Of a stretch of DNA of 64,000 bases, positions 47,961 through 57,020 are shown piece after piece. The notes beneath the pieces were generated by a model. The model did not search any database and had not been told where the DNA came from. It saw only the letters and a list, made by a program, of their open reading frames with translations. A program made the translations under genes and the position numbers. How positions within the stretch are numbered: position 1 is the first letter of the stretch; every line of letters begins with the position of its first letter. This DNA comes from Candidatus Micrarchaeota archaeon (lineage in GTDB: Archaea > Micrarchaeota > Micrarchaeia > Anstonellales > JAHKLY01), in assembly GCA_020854825.1 (NCBI GenBank), contig JAHKLY010000006.1, positions 16,087-80,086 on the forward strand, read 5' to 3'.

Positions 47961-48860
47961 TTACCAAAACCAATAATAAGCTGATACACCAACTGTGGAT
48001 TTATCTTCTTTAACTATTTTAACTTTTGCTTCCATAATCACTTCCTGATACTTTGAGGATGTACCACTCAAAATTATTAGAAGGGTTTGGGCACCTGCAA
48101 TTGTTGCTCCTTCTGAATCTACAGCCGCTTGTAATAAAGTATTTGTACCTGTAAGGCCAATAAAATTAATTGTCATTCCAATTGTGGGGTCAAACTCTGA
48201 TACTGGTGAATTTCCATATACTGAAAAAACCCCATAACAAGATAATAAACCTGAAGCAGTAACACCTCTCCTATACTCTGGAATATCCTCCATACCAAAA
48301 ACAGCACCTAAACTGATATTAATATCCGACTCACAGAGAGGGAATACAAAGTATTCTACACCTATTCGTGCACCAACATCTGTTTCTCCACTTAGTTTCT
48401 TATGATCCACAAATATCTGTGCACCAGTAGTTATCTGTTGTTCCGTTGCATCTATTGCAAATCCTCCTTCCAGAAGTATATCTTGGTCGTTCCTATTTAA
48501 AATTAAATGGGTTGAAGTGGATGTTGTGTTTGATAGAGGCATTATCAACTTCAAACCTACTTTACTTGTTATATCTCCAGAATAATTATCAACACCTACA
48601 ACTGCATGTGTATTTGCACATCTTAAATATCCCATTAGATCTGCGTCATTAGTTATTGCTAAAACTGGGGTTGCTGCTAACCATCCTGCTAAAAATGCTT
48701 CTGTTGGATGATTTACAACTAAATCATAAACTAATTTTACATTCTCAGCAAAATTTCTACCAAACTCTTTAACTGCGCTTAAAGCACTTCTTTTTGTAGG
48801 TGTTGTCCTTTTTCGTCTGTTTGAATAAAATATATCCCCATTATAATTTAATTTTCCCAT
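47961..48860 (-). CDS. Hypothetical all-beta protein resembling a transmembrane beta-barrel
   Basis: GGAGG SD; hydrophobic stretch ending PVLA; about 14 amphipathic strands; ends VGVSAYYWFW. Confidence 0.7.
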   Translation of the reverse strand: MGKLNYNGDIFYSNRRKRTTPTKRSALSAVKEFGRNFAENVKLVYDLVVNHPTEAFLAGWLAATPVLAITNDADLMGYLRCANTHAVVGVDNYSGDITSKVGLKLIMPLSNTTSTSTHLILNRNDQDILLEGGFAIDATEQQITTGAQIFVDHKKLSGETDVGARIGVEYFVFPLCESDINISLGAVFGMEDIPEYRRGVTASGLLSCYGVFSVYGNSPVSEFDPTIGMTINFIGLTGTNTLLQAAVDSEGATIAGAQTLLIILSGTSSKYQEVIMEAKVKIVKEDKSTVGVSAYYWFW

Positions 48861-48969
48861 ATTCTTCAACCTCCGTTATGTGTTTAATAATTAATATATG
48901 TGTTCTTGAGTTTAAACGGGTTTGCATTTATATATTTTAATAAAATAGAAATAAAAATAGTAATAATAT

Positions 48970-49674
48970 CTAATCTTTCACAATAGTTCCTTTATGCGCT
49001 TTGCCTTGTATTATCTTTTCAACGTCTTTTAAGTTGTTAGCGCTTATGAAATGTAATTCAATATTATATTTTTGCGCTAGTTTTGTTGCTTTTTGATCAA
49101 ACACTAAATTTTGTCCTGCTTTATAAATTTTTGAAGTTTTTAAAATTAGCGCACTTAATTCTTTATGTGTCATTTCTGGTATTTTTTTAGCGCTTTTATA
49201 TTTATTAGGATCTTTATCATAAACACCATCAACATTACTTATATTAATAACTTTTGCTTTGTTTTTAGCTATTGCTAATTCAATTGTATCCATATCTGAT
49301 GTATGCCCCGGTACATCTCCGCCTTGAAAAACAAATTGGTATTTATCCAATAATTTAGCACTTTCTTTATAATCTTGACCAATTGTTTCATATGTTTTAT
49401 TTGTTTTTTCTATAAAATAAGAAGCAACACATTGTGCATTAACACGCGTACAATAAATACCTACCCAATCTAAAGATGTTTTATTTTTTGTATATTCTCT
49501 AAGTTCGGGAAGCAAATTTCTAAATAGTTTTCCTCCTCCAACAACAACTCCAAATCTAATCTTATGTTTTTTATTTAAATTAATCAAAAGATCTCCGAAT
49601 GCTTTAATTAATTTACTATTTAATTTTCCAGAATTTACTACGCTTCCCCCTAATGAAATTATTACTGTTTTCAT
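48970..49674 (-). CDS. pyrH: UMP kinase
   Basis: SLGGS, VVGGG, D.VGI..TR.NA, PGHTSD, NVDGVYDKDP. Confidence 0.94.
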   Translation of the reverse strand: MKTVIISLGGSVVNSGKLNSKLIKAFGDLLINLNKKHKIRFGVVVGGGKLFRNLLPELREYTKNKTSLDWVGIYCTRVNAQCVASYFIEKTNKTYETIGQDYKESAKLLDKYQFVFQGGDVPGHTSDMDTIELAIAKNKAKVINISNVDGVYDKDPNKYKSAKKIPEMTHKELSALILKTSKIYKAGQNLVFDQKATKLAQKYNIELHFISANNLKDVEKIIQGKAHKGTIVKD

Positions 49675-49734
49675 AATAAAACAAAGTAGGTATATATTTT
49701 AAACCTTACTTTTCTAATCCTATTAGGTGAAAAA

Positions 49735-50295
49735 ATGATTGATATGAATTTAAATAAGATGATAAAAGAATTTGAAAAAAAAGAAAAGGAACAAACAGAA
49801 GTATTAGAACAAAAAAGAGCATTAGTAAGAGACTGCTCCAATGCAATAAAAGAAATTCATAGAAGAAAATTAGAACCTGCCAAAAAACTCATAACAAACG
49901 TAGAAGAAGGATTAAAAAAACTTAAAAAATACGAAAAGGATTTTGCCGTTCACTTAGAACATATTGAACAAGAATATACTGAAGCAATTGTTCTTTTAGA
50001 GATTGTTGAAACTAAAAACTGTTCTCCTCCTACTAAATTAAAAGTTTCAGATATTTCTTATCTAAATGGCCTCATGGATGTAATTGGGGAATTAAGAAGA
50101 GAAATGTTGGATTTATTAAGAAAAGATAATTATAAAGAAGCTGAAAGGATGTTTGATGCTATGGAAAAAATTTTTGAATCTGTTGAACCAGTTCAGTTTT
50201 CTAATTCAATAGTTCCTGGGTTTAGAAGAAAACAAGATGTAGCTAGAAGACAAATTGAACAGGCAAGAAGCGAGATTTTATATTCAAAAAGGTGA
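49735..50295 (+). CDS. Translin/TRAX-family protein
   Basis: QEYTEA, YLNGLMDVIGELRR, RRKQDVAR. Confidence 0.9.
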   Translation: MIDMNLNKMIKEFEKKEKEQTEVLEQKRALVRDCSNAIKEIHRRKLEPAKKLITNVEEGLKKLKKYEKDFAVHLEHIEQEYTEAIVLLEIVETKNCSPPTKLKVSDISYLNGLMDVIGELRREMLDLLRKDNYKEAERMFDAMEKIFESVEPVQFSNSIVPGFRRKQDVARRQIEQARSEILYSKR

Positions 50296-50299
50296 TAAA

Positions 50300-51292
50300 A
50301 TGCAAAAAATAATTGGAGTTTTGTTTTTAATTGTAATACTTGCTTTTGGATGTACAGTATTTGAAAGAGAAGAAAAACAATCAACAATACCAGATCCTAA
50401 TCAAAGTATTGAAGATATAAATGAAAATATTTATCAGCCTCCTAAACCAGTTTATGAAAATGTTATGAATAATACCATACGATATGATGAGCAACCCTCA
50501 GCAGAATTAGAAATTTATTTTATTAATGTTGGTATGGGAGATAGTATCCTTCTTAAAAAAGGTAATTTTGATGTACTCATAGATGCAGGTGGACAAGGAG
50601 AAAAAGTTATTAATTTTTTAGAAGAAAAGAAAGTAGATGATTTGGAGTTAGTTATTGCCACTAAATATACTCAAACTAGTGTTTCAGATATGCGTAGAGT
50701 ATTACAAAAATATAAAGTAGAACAGTATTGGGATAATGGATTAATAGATAAAGAAAACATTTATTATGATGAAATTTATGAAATATTAGAATCTAAGAAT
50801 ATCCCGGTAAAACACCCCATATCTGGAGAAAGAATTGTTTTGAATGGTATATCTATTAGTGTTTTAAATCCCCAAGAAAAAAGATATTTAGAAACAAACC
50901 CTACTTTGAACTCAATAACATTGTATATTGTAGATAGAAATTTCTCATTATATTTAAGTGACGTTGAAGCAGGCGTTCAAAATACAATTTTATCAAATTA
51001 TCCAAATATTAAATCAAATATTATGAAAGTCCCTAACCATGGTGCAAGCACAGTATCTGTGGGAGGAGATGCAAGAGTAGAATTGTTTCATCTGATAGAT
51101 AAAGTTAAACCGGAATATGCAATTATCTCGGTTGGACAAACGGAATTAGAAATTCCAAATCCAACTGTTTTAGAAGCATTTAGATTAAGGGGAGCAAAAA
51201 CATTAAGAACAGATTTAAATGGGACAATAAGCATAATAACAGACGGTTATGAATATGAAATACTCTCCTCCAATTCACAAAACAAAAAATAA
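50300..51292 (+). CDS. ComEC-like metallo-beta-lactamase-fold lipoprotein with degenerate active site
   Basis: Lipobox-like LAFGC; FINVGMGDSIL, LIDAG, AIISVG, RTDLNGTI; HxHxDH replaced by KYTQTS. Confidence 0.85.
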   Translation: MQKIIGVLFLIVILAFGCTVFEREEKQSTIPDPNQSIEDINENIYQPPKPVYENVMNNTIRYDEQPSAELEIYFINVGMGDSILLKKGNFDVLIDAGGQGEKVINFLEEKKVDDLELVIATKYTQTSVSDMRRVLQKYKVEQYWDNGLIDKENIYYDEIYEILESKNIPVKHPISGERIVLNGISISVLNPQEKRYLETNPTLNSITLYIVDRNFSLYLSDVEAGVQNTILSNYPNIKSNIMKVPNHGASTVSVGGDARVELFHLIDKVKPEYAIISVGQTELEIPNPTVLEAFRLRGAKTLRTDLNGTISIITDGYEYEILSSNSQNKK

Positions 51293-51340
51293 ATTTTTAA
51301 TTCGTATTCGGTTTTCTATTATTTTTTAGATTCTTATACT

Positions 51341-54300
51341 CTACTTTTTATCTTGTAATTCTATCCCTAAAACTTGTGACCCTTTGTCAGTCATTGTTAC
51401 ACCAAGCGCAACATCTGCACTTTTTAATACTTCATCGTTATGTGTTATAACAAAAAACTGAGTATTTACTGATAATTTTTTAATTAATTCTGCCATTTTT
51501 CTTGAATTTTCTTTATCTAATGCTGCTTCTGCTTCATCTAAAAGATAAAATGGGGATGGTTTAGTCATTTGTATTGAAAATATAAAAATAAGTGCTAATA
51601 ATGATTTTTCTCCTCCTGACATTGAATCCAAATATTTATTCTTATTCCCTTTTTTAACTCTTATTTGCAGTCCAGATTCAAAAGGTTCATTAGGTTTATC
51701 TAAAACCAATAATCCTTCTCCATCAAAAACATAACCAAACAAATCTTTAAATTTATCATTAATTTTATGGAAGGTTTCCATAAATATCTTATTCTTCTTT
51801 GAATCTATCTCTTCAATCATTGTTAATACCGCTGATCTTTCATCCTTTAATTTTTCAACTTTATCTTTAATCTCCTCAATTTCTTTTTTCTTTTCTTCAT
51901 ATAACTCAGGCGCTTTAAGATTGACTTCACCCAATGAATTGAGTTTATTTTCGTTGTCTCTTATAATTTCCAACAATTTTTCTTTACTTGCATCAATTAA
52001 AACTGTATCTTTATAATCTTCATATTCTGATTTTAAATCTATTAATCTAGTCTCAGCTTTTGCTTTACTTATCTCATAATCTTTCAATGAATCCTTAGTT
52101 CTTTCATAAGAATAAAGAAGTTTTCCTTTTTGTTGAGAAACCAGATCTAATTCTTTATCTAAATGCTTGATTTCTTCCCAAACACCTTCTAATTTTTTAC
52201 TTATTTTTGTCATTTCTTGTTCTACTTTATCAAGTTCTTTCTCATTATTTTTTAAAGTATTATTTAATTCTGATCTAATCTTTAATACTTCTTTTAAATC
52301 AACAGATATTTGTTTTTCTTTTTCTTTGTGTTGTTTTAATGATTCTTCTAATAATTCTTTTTCTTTTTGTTTGGACTGGTAATCTGCTCGCTTATCTGAT
52401 AATTTAGACAAAAGATTTGAATATTTTTTCTGCATTTCGGATTGTTTTTCTTTTTGTTTTTCCTGGTGTTCTTTTAATTTTTTATTAATATCTATTTTTT
52501 TATTTTCTAAACTCAATATCTCCTCTTCTAATTTTGATTTCTGTTTAATTAACTCTTTCTGTCTTTGTTCTAACTCAATTAATACTTTTTTAATATCTTC
52601 TGCTTTTGTTTTTACTTTTTCTGTACTTCTTGTTATCCCTCCTATTTCAATCATTATTTCCCTATATTTTAATTCTAATGCAGTCCTTTCTTTTCTTTTG
52701 CTATTCATTTCTTCCCTAAGACTTTCTAAATCTGAATGTAATTGAGTTTTTTCTATTTTTAATTCTTCTAATTCTTTTTCCAATTTATCTAATTTCATTT
52801 TGGCCGATAAATTTCCTTTTGAACTCCCCCCTGTAAGTATTCCTGAAGTATAAAATACTTCTCCTCCTAACGTAACAAGCTTGCATGTTCCTTTTAATTT
52901 TTTTGCAGTATCTAAAGAATCAATAATTGCCGTAGATCCAAAAGCATATTCAATTGCATTATAATATTTTGGTTCAAATTTAATTACATTAATTAAAGAA
53001 TCTACAAACCCTTTTGAAGATTTTACCTTCTGTGGAATAGACTCTCCTTTTCCAGGTCTATCCAAAGGAATAAAGGTACATCTACCCATCTTTTGTTTTT
53101 TCAAAAGCTCAATTATTTTTGCAGCAGTATCTATATCTTCAACTACTACATACTCTAATCTTCCTGCAGCAGCTCCTTGAATCGCATCTGAATATTTTTG
53201 ATCAAATAAAATTAATTCTGCAACAGTTCCATATAATCCGGGTATTTTTGGCTTTATTTCATCTACAAACATTAGAGTTGGGTTTTTTGTTAATCCTTTA
53301 ACATGTGGTCTTAATTCTGCAATTTTCCCTCTTAAATTAATCAGCTCTCTGTCTGCTTCTGCAATACTCTTGTTTTTCTGTTTTTCATTTTCAAATATTT
53401 TATCCACTTCTTTCTGTACTGTTTTTATTTCATCTTCTAAATTTTCTTTTTCATTTTCTAATTTTGTTAGATCTATATCTTCATCTTCTAACCCTTCTTT
53501 TCTAATATTAATCATATTTATAATACCTTCAAAATCAGCATTTAATTTAGCTAAACTCTCTTTTTTAGAAATTAATAAATCGCTTATTGAAGTTATTTCC
53601 TCTTGTAAATCTAAATTGTTTATATTTGAATCAAAAACTTCTTCTGGAACTTCTTTTTGTAACTTTTTTAATTCTTTATCAATTTCTGTTATCTCTTTTT
53701 CTAATGTAGATATTTTATTTGAGACTTTGGATTGGTCTCCAATTATTTTCTGTTTTTCTTGTTCTAATTTTTTAATTTCTCTATCTTTTTCAACTAATGA
53801 ATTTTTACCTACATTAATATTTATTCGCAATTCTTCCAATTGTCTTAATAATCCTTCTTTTTTGCCGTCTTTATTAATTTTATCTGTTAATTCATTCTTT
53901 TTTGTTTCTAATTCTCTAAGGTTTTTCTCTAAAACATTAATGTCTTCTTGTAATTTTTTAAGTGTATTTTCTTTTTCCTTTAAATTTTTAATAGAATTAT
54001 CATATTCTTTTTGAAATTTATCTAATTCTATATATACTAATGATGCTCTTCCTCTTTTATATAATTCTTTAGATCTTTTATATTCAATTGCTGCGTCTTT
54101 TTCTTTTTCTAACTCATTAACAAATCCTTCTCTTTCACTTAATACAATTGAAGCATCATTTATTTTTTGTTGTACTTTATCTAATTCTTTTATTGATTCT
54201 TTTTTCTTCTCTTCAAATTCAGATATCCCTGCTACTCCATCTATTATTCCTCTTCTTTCTTTAGGGCCCATTTCAACTATTTTTTGAACTTGCCCTTGCG

Positions 54301-54721
54301 CAATAACATTATGATTTCCTAATTCTAAACCTATTGGTCGTATTGCTTCAATAACATTAGTTCTAGTTGTCATTTTTCCATTTAATTTATATATTGTTTT
54401 TCCATCTTTATTTATGGCTCTTTTAACTTCAAGATGATTTCCAATTCCATTGCCTGTGAATAAAGTAACTGCTGCTTCTTTTGAATCCATAAAAACAAGT
54501 TCAGAGGTTTTTTTAGCTCTCAATGATTTCAAACTTAATTCACCTAGACTAAATCTTACTGCGTCTGATAGGTTACTTTTTCCTGACCCATTTGGGCCTG
54601 CAACTGCTATAAATCCAGGAGGTAAATCTAAATCTACACTTTTAAATGATTTAAAACCTCTTATCTTAATCCTGTTAATAAAGGTTTTACTAGTAAACTC
54701 AACATTATCTTTAGTCGCCAT
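51341..54721 (-). CDS. smc: Chromosome segregation protein SMC
   Basis: GFKSF, GPNGSGKSN, QG, hinge (G.YGTVAELI, GRCTFIPL), MSGGEK, LDEAEAALD. Confidence 0.96.
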   Translation of the reverse strand: MATKDNVEFTSKTFINRIKIRGFKSFKSVDLDLPPGFIAVAGPNGSGKSNLSDAVRFSLGELSLKSLRAKKTSELVFMDSKEAAVTLFTGNGIGNHLEVKRAINKDGKTIYKLNGKMTTRTNVIEAIRPIGLELGNHNVIAQGQVQKIVEMGPKERRGIIDGVAGISEFEEKKKESIKELDKVQQKINDASIVLSEREGFVNELEKEKDAAIEYKRSKELYKRGRASLVYIELDKFQKEYDNSIKNLKEKENTLKKLQEDINVLEKNLRELETKKNELTDKINKDGKKEGLLRQLEELRININVGKNSLVEKDREIKKLEQEKQKIIGDQSKVSNKISTLEKEITEIDKELKKLQKEVPEEVFDSNINNLDLQEEITSISDLLISKKESLAKLNADFEGIINMINIRKEGLEDEDIDLTKLENEKENLEDEIKTVQKEVDKIFENEKQKNKSIAEADRELINLRGKIAELRPHVKGLTKNPTLMFVDEIKPKIPGLYGTVAELILFDQKYSDAIQGAAAGRLEYVVVEDIDTAAKIIELLKKQKMGRCTFIPLDRPGKGESIPQKVKSSKGFVDSLINVIKFEPKYYNAIEYAFGSTAIIDSLDTAKKLKGTCKLVTLGGEVFYTSGILTGGSSKGNLSAKMKLDKLEKELEELKIEKTQLHSDLESLREEMNSKRKERTALELKYREIMIEIGGITRSTEKVKTKAEDIKKVLIELEQRQKELIKQKSKLEEEILSLENKKIDINKKLKEHQEKQKEKQSEMQKKYSNLLSKLSDKRADYQSKQKEKELLEESLKQHKEKEKQISVDLKEVLKIRSELNNTLKNNEKELDKVEQEMTKISKKLEGVWEEIKHLDKELDLVSQQKGKLLYSYERTKDSLKDYEISKAKAETRLIDLKSEYEDYKDTVLIDASKEKLLEIIRDNENKLNSLGEVNLKAPELYEEKKKEIEEIKDKVEKLKDERSAVLTMIEEIDSKKNKIFMETFHKINDKFKDLFGYVFDGEGLLVLDKPNEPFESGLQIRVKKGNKNKYLDSMSGGEKSLLALIFIFSIQMTKPSPFYLLDEAEAALDKENSRKMAELIKKLSVNTQFFVITHNDEVLKSADVALGVTMTDKGSQVLGIELQDKK

Positions 54722-54775
54722 TGGTAGTATTTACTAACGTAGAATTTAAATATATTACCTTTATTTCACTAAAAC

Positions 54776-55282
54776 TTATTCTATTTTTGTTTTTATTCTG
54801 CCTGAAACATATCTAGTATTAGTAAGAATTCCACTTTCTGTAATTCTTTGATAATCAAAAGTTAAATAAAAAGTTCTAATATCTCCCTGTGCTTGACCAT
54901 TAAATTCACCAGCTAAAACAATAGATTTACCCGGATCCAATCTTAAACTACCGATTACATTAAGAAGTCCTTCCGTAGTATGGCCAGAATTTGAAATTTT
55001 TGCACCAGTAGTTAAATCCCTTAATGTTATTTCTTGTAATTGTATAGGATAACCTAATCCATTTGTTATATTAAAACGTATTTTATATAAACTTGCATCC
55101 TGCTCTCCCCCGGGTGTTAAACAAGGAAAATCAGGAGTTATTTTACATTCTTGATTATTAAATTTTCCACTATCTAATATCCCCGAAGAAAGTAAAACTG
55201 CAATTATGATGAGTATTGTAATTAAAACCCAGCCATAGGTCATCAAATATTCCATAGCTGCTTGTCCTTTTTTATTTTGCAT
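54776..55282 (-). CDS. Class III signal peptide protein (archaeal type IV pilin-like)
   Basis: KKG|QAAMEYLMTYGW then hydrophobic helix and Cys pair. Confidence 0.9.
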   Translation of the reverse strand: MQNKKGQAAMEYLMTYGWVLITILIIIAVLLSSGILDSGKFNNQECKITPDFPCLTPGGEQDASLYKIRFNITNGLGYPIQLQEITLRDLTTGAKISNSGHTTEGLLNVIGSLRLDPGKSIVLAGEFNGQAQGDIRTFYLTFDYQRITESGILTNTRYVSGRIKTKIE

Positions 55283-55343
55283 AAAATCAACAATTAAAAT
55301 TTGAATATATATATTTAAATAGTTTTGTCCTTCTTAAACTAGT

Positions 55344-55646
55344 ATGAATGAAGATGAAATATTAGGTAAATTAATAACAAAAGCAGATTTACTCTCCAAT
55401 ACCTTTGATAAACAAGGAGAAATTTTATTGTATGAAAATGGGTTTAAAATTGAATTTGAAGGAAGACAATCAAAAGCGCCATATGATTATATACAAAATA
55501 TGACAAAAACAGGTGAAGGAGCATTAGGAAAAATTAAAGCGAAAATTAGTGTTTTTGATATGTTGGGCATAAATAATGAATATGAAATCTCAATTCCAGA
55601 TCAAATCTATAATGTACTTAAAAGACGCTGGGAAGAATCTAAATAA
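55344..55646 (+). CDS. Hypothetical protein, possible PH-like fold
   Basis: GEILLYENGFKIEF...APYDYIQNM beta pattern and C-terminal helix. Confidence 0.65.
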   Translation: MNEDEILGKLITKADLLSNTFDKQGEILLYENGFKIEFEGRQSKAPYDYIQNMTKTGEGALGKIKAKISVFDMLGINNEYEISIPDQIYNVLKRRWEESK

Positions 55647-56578
55647 GAATAAGGCTTTGCATTATGCCCTCTTTTTCTTAACTCATTAGATAATAAGTAT
55701 TCATTTCCATGGGCACAAAATATCTGTTTAGGTTTAGCTTGTTCTATATATGTTAATATATCATTGAAATCAGCATGATCACTAAGTAAAAAACCTTTAT
55801 CTACACTCATCGGCCTCATGAGAATCTGACCAGAAGCAACAGCACATAATACTTCTCTGTTATATGCAAAACTTAATTTATATGCAAATCTTCTATTGAC
55901 AATTCTCTGTGGCATAACAGCTACAAAAGAATCACGCATTACTTCATTTGCTTCATTTGTCCCTATTAATAACCTATCTAATTTAATACCATACTTTTCA
56001 TAGATTCTACAATACTGATCAACTTTTTTATCGACAATAGGAGTTATATTACAATAAGTATTCAAAATTTTTATTATTTCTTGACTTTTTCCTAAAGAAT
56101 ATCCCCCAAATAATAATATGCTCTGTTTATTTTTTCTTACCCAATTATAAATTTCATAATAAACAGATTCATATTCTGGAAAAGAAATTCCTGGTTGGGC
56201 ATATGTACTTTCAATAATTAATGTATCACACTCTTTAACTTCTGCTTTTTTTGTTGTTAATCCATCTCTTAATTTAAAATCACCAGTATATATCAATCGC
56301 CCTTCGTTTGTATCTGCCATTAATTGAGTTGAACCTAATATATGCCCTGCATTTAGTAATTTAATACCCTTTGGATTAATAATAATTGGATCATATTTTT
56401 CTTTCCAATTTGCTAATTCATAACTTTCTTTAGAAACAATGACTCCTTTCTTTTTTCTTGGACTTCTTAAATGATCAGAATGAGCATGAGATAAATATAA
56501 TACATCTCCCCTACTTTGTTCTAACCCAATCTCCATTTGGGAATCTAACAAAGTTGCATATTGATGGGAATAAACCAT
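55607..56578 (-). CDS. beta-CASP/MBL-fold exonuclease (SNM1/COG1236-like)
   Basis: SHAHSDH, AGHILGS, YTGD, ESTY, YSLGKSQE, LSDHADF, HG. Confidence 0.9.
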   Translation of the reverse strand: MVYSHQYATLLDSQMEIGLEQSRGDVLYLSHAHSDHLRSPRKKKGVIVSKESYELANWKEKYDPIIINPKGIKLLNAGHILGSTQLMADTNEGRLIYTGDFKLRDGLTTKKAEVKECDTLIIESTYAQPGISFPEYESVYYEIYNWVRKNKQSILLFGGYSLGKSQEIIKILNTYCNITPIVDKKVDQYCRIYEKYGIKLDRLLIGTNEANEVMRDSFVAVMPQRIVNRRFAYKLSFAYNREVLCAVASGQILMRPMSVDKGFLLSDHADFNDILTYIEQAKPKQIFCAHGNEYLLSNELRKRGHNAKPYSYLDSSQRLLSTL

Positions 56579-56586
56579 TAATTCAC

Positions 56587-56913
56587 CTATTGACTTTTTA
56601 TCTCTTCAATGTGATCTTCAATAATTTTCAATTGTGTAGAAACTCTACTCATTAAATTTTTAATTGCTGCTAATTCATAAGTAATCGTCTGTAATTGTAT
56701 TTTTCTTTTTTCTGGTGTATCCTCTTCGGACATTGCTTTTATTCCATATATATCATCTTTAAGAGAATCCAAGCTCTTCCTAACATTTGGCTTAACCTTC
56801 TTACTTTTTGGACTTGATACTGGTTTTAAAATGTTTTTAAGTTCTTTTTTTGAAGGTTTTGCTTTTGGTTTTGTTATTTTTTTTAAAGGTTTTTTTACTA
56901 TCTTCTTTGCCAT
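56587..56913 (-). CDS. Lys-rich hypothetical protein with C-terminal coiled coil
   Basis: MAKKIVKKPLKKITKPKAKPSKK; heptad pattern at the C-terminus; GGAG SD. Confidence 0.7.
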   Translation of the reverse strand: MAKKIVKKPLKKITKPKAKPSKKELKNILKPVSSPKSKKVKPNVRKSLDSLKDDIYGIKAMSEEDTPEKRKIQLQTITYELAAIKNLMSRVSTQLKIIEDHIEEIKSQ

Positions 56914-57020
56914 AATGCATCTCCAAAATGAATTTTCTTAGTAGATTTATAAACCTTTTGGTATAACGAATAAAAAAGAAGTAAAAAATATGAGATATTT
57001 TTGTATCTATAGGTACAAAC

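Noticed and set aside
51341-54721. SMC-like ATPase as the Rad50 partner of Mre11
   Set aside because: It has a globular SMC hinge and no CxxC zinc hook, so it is condensin-type SMC
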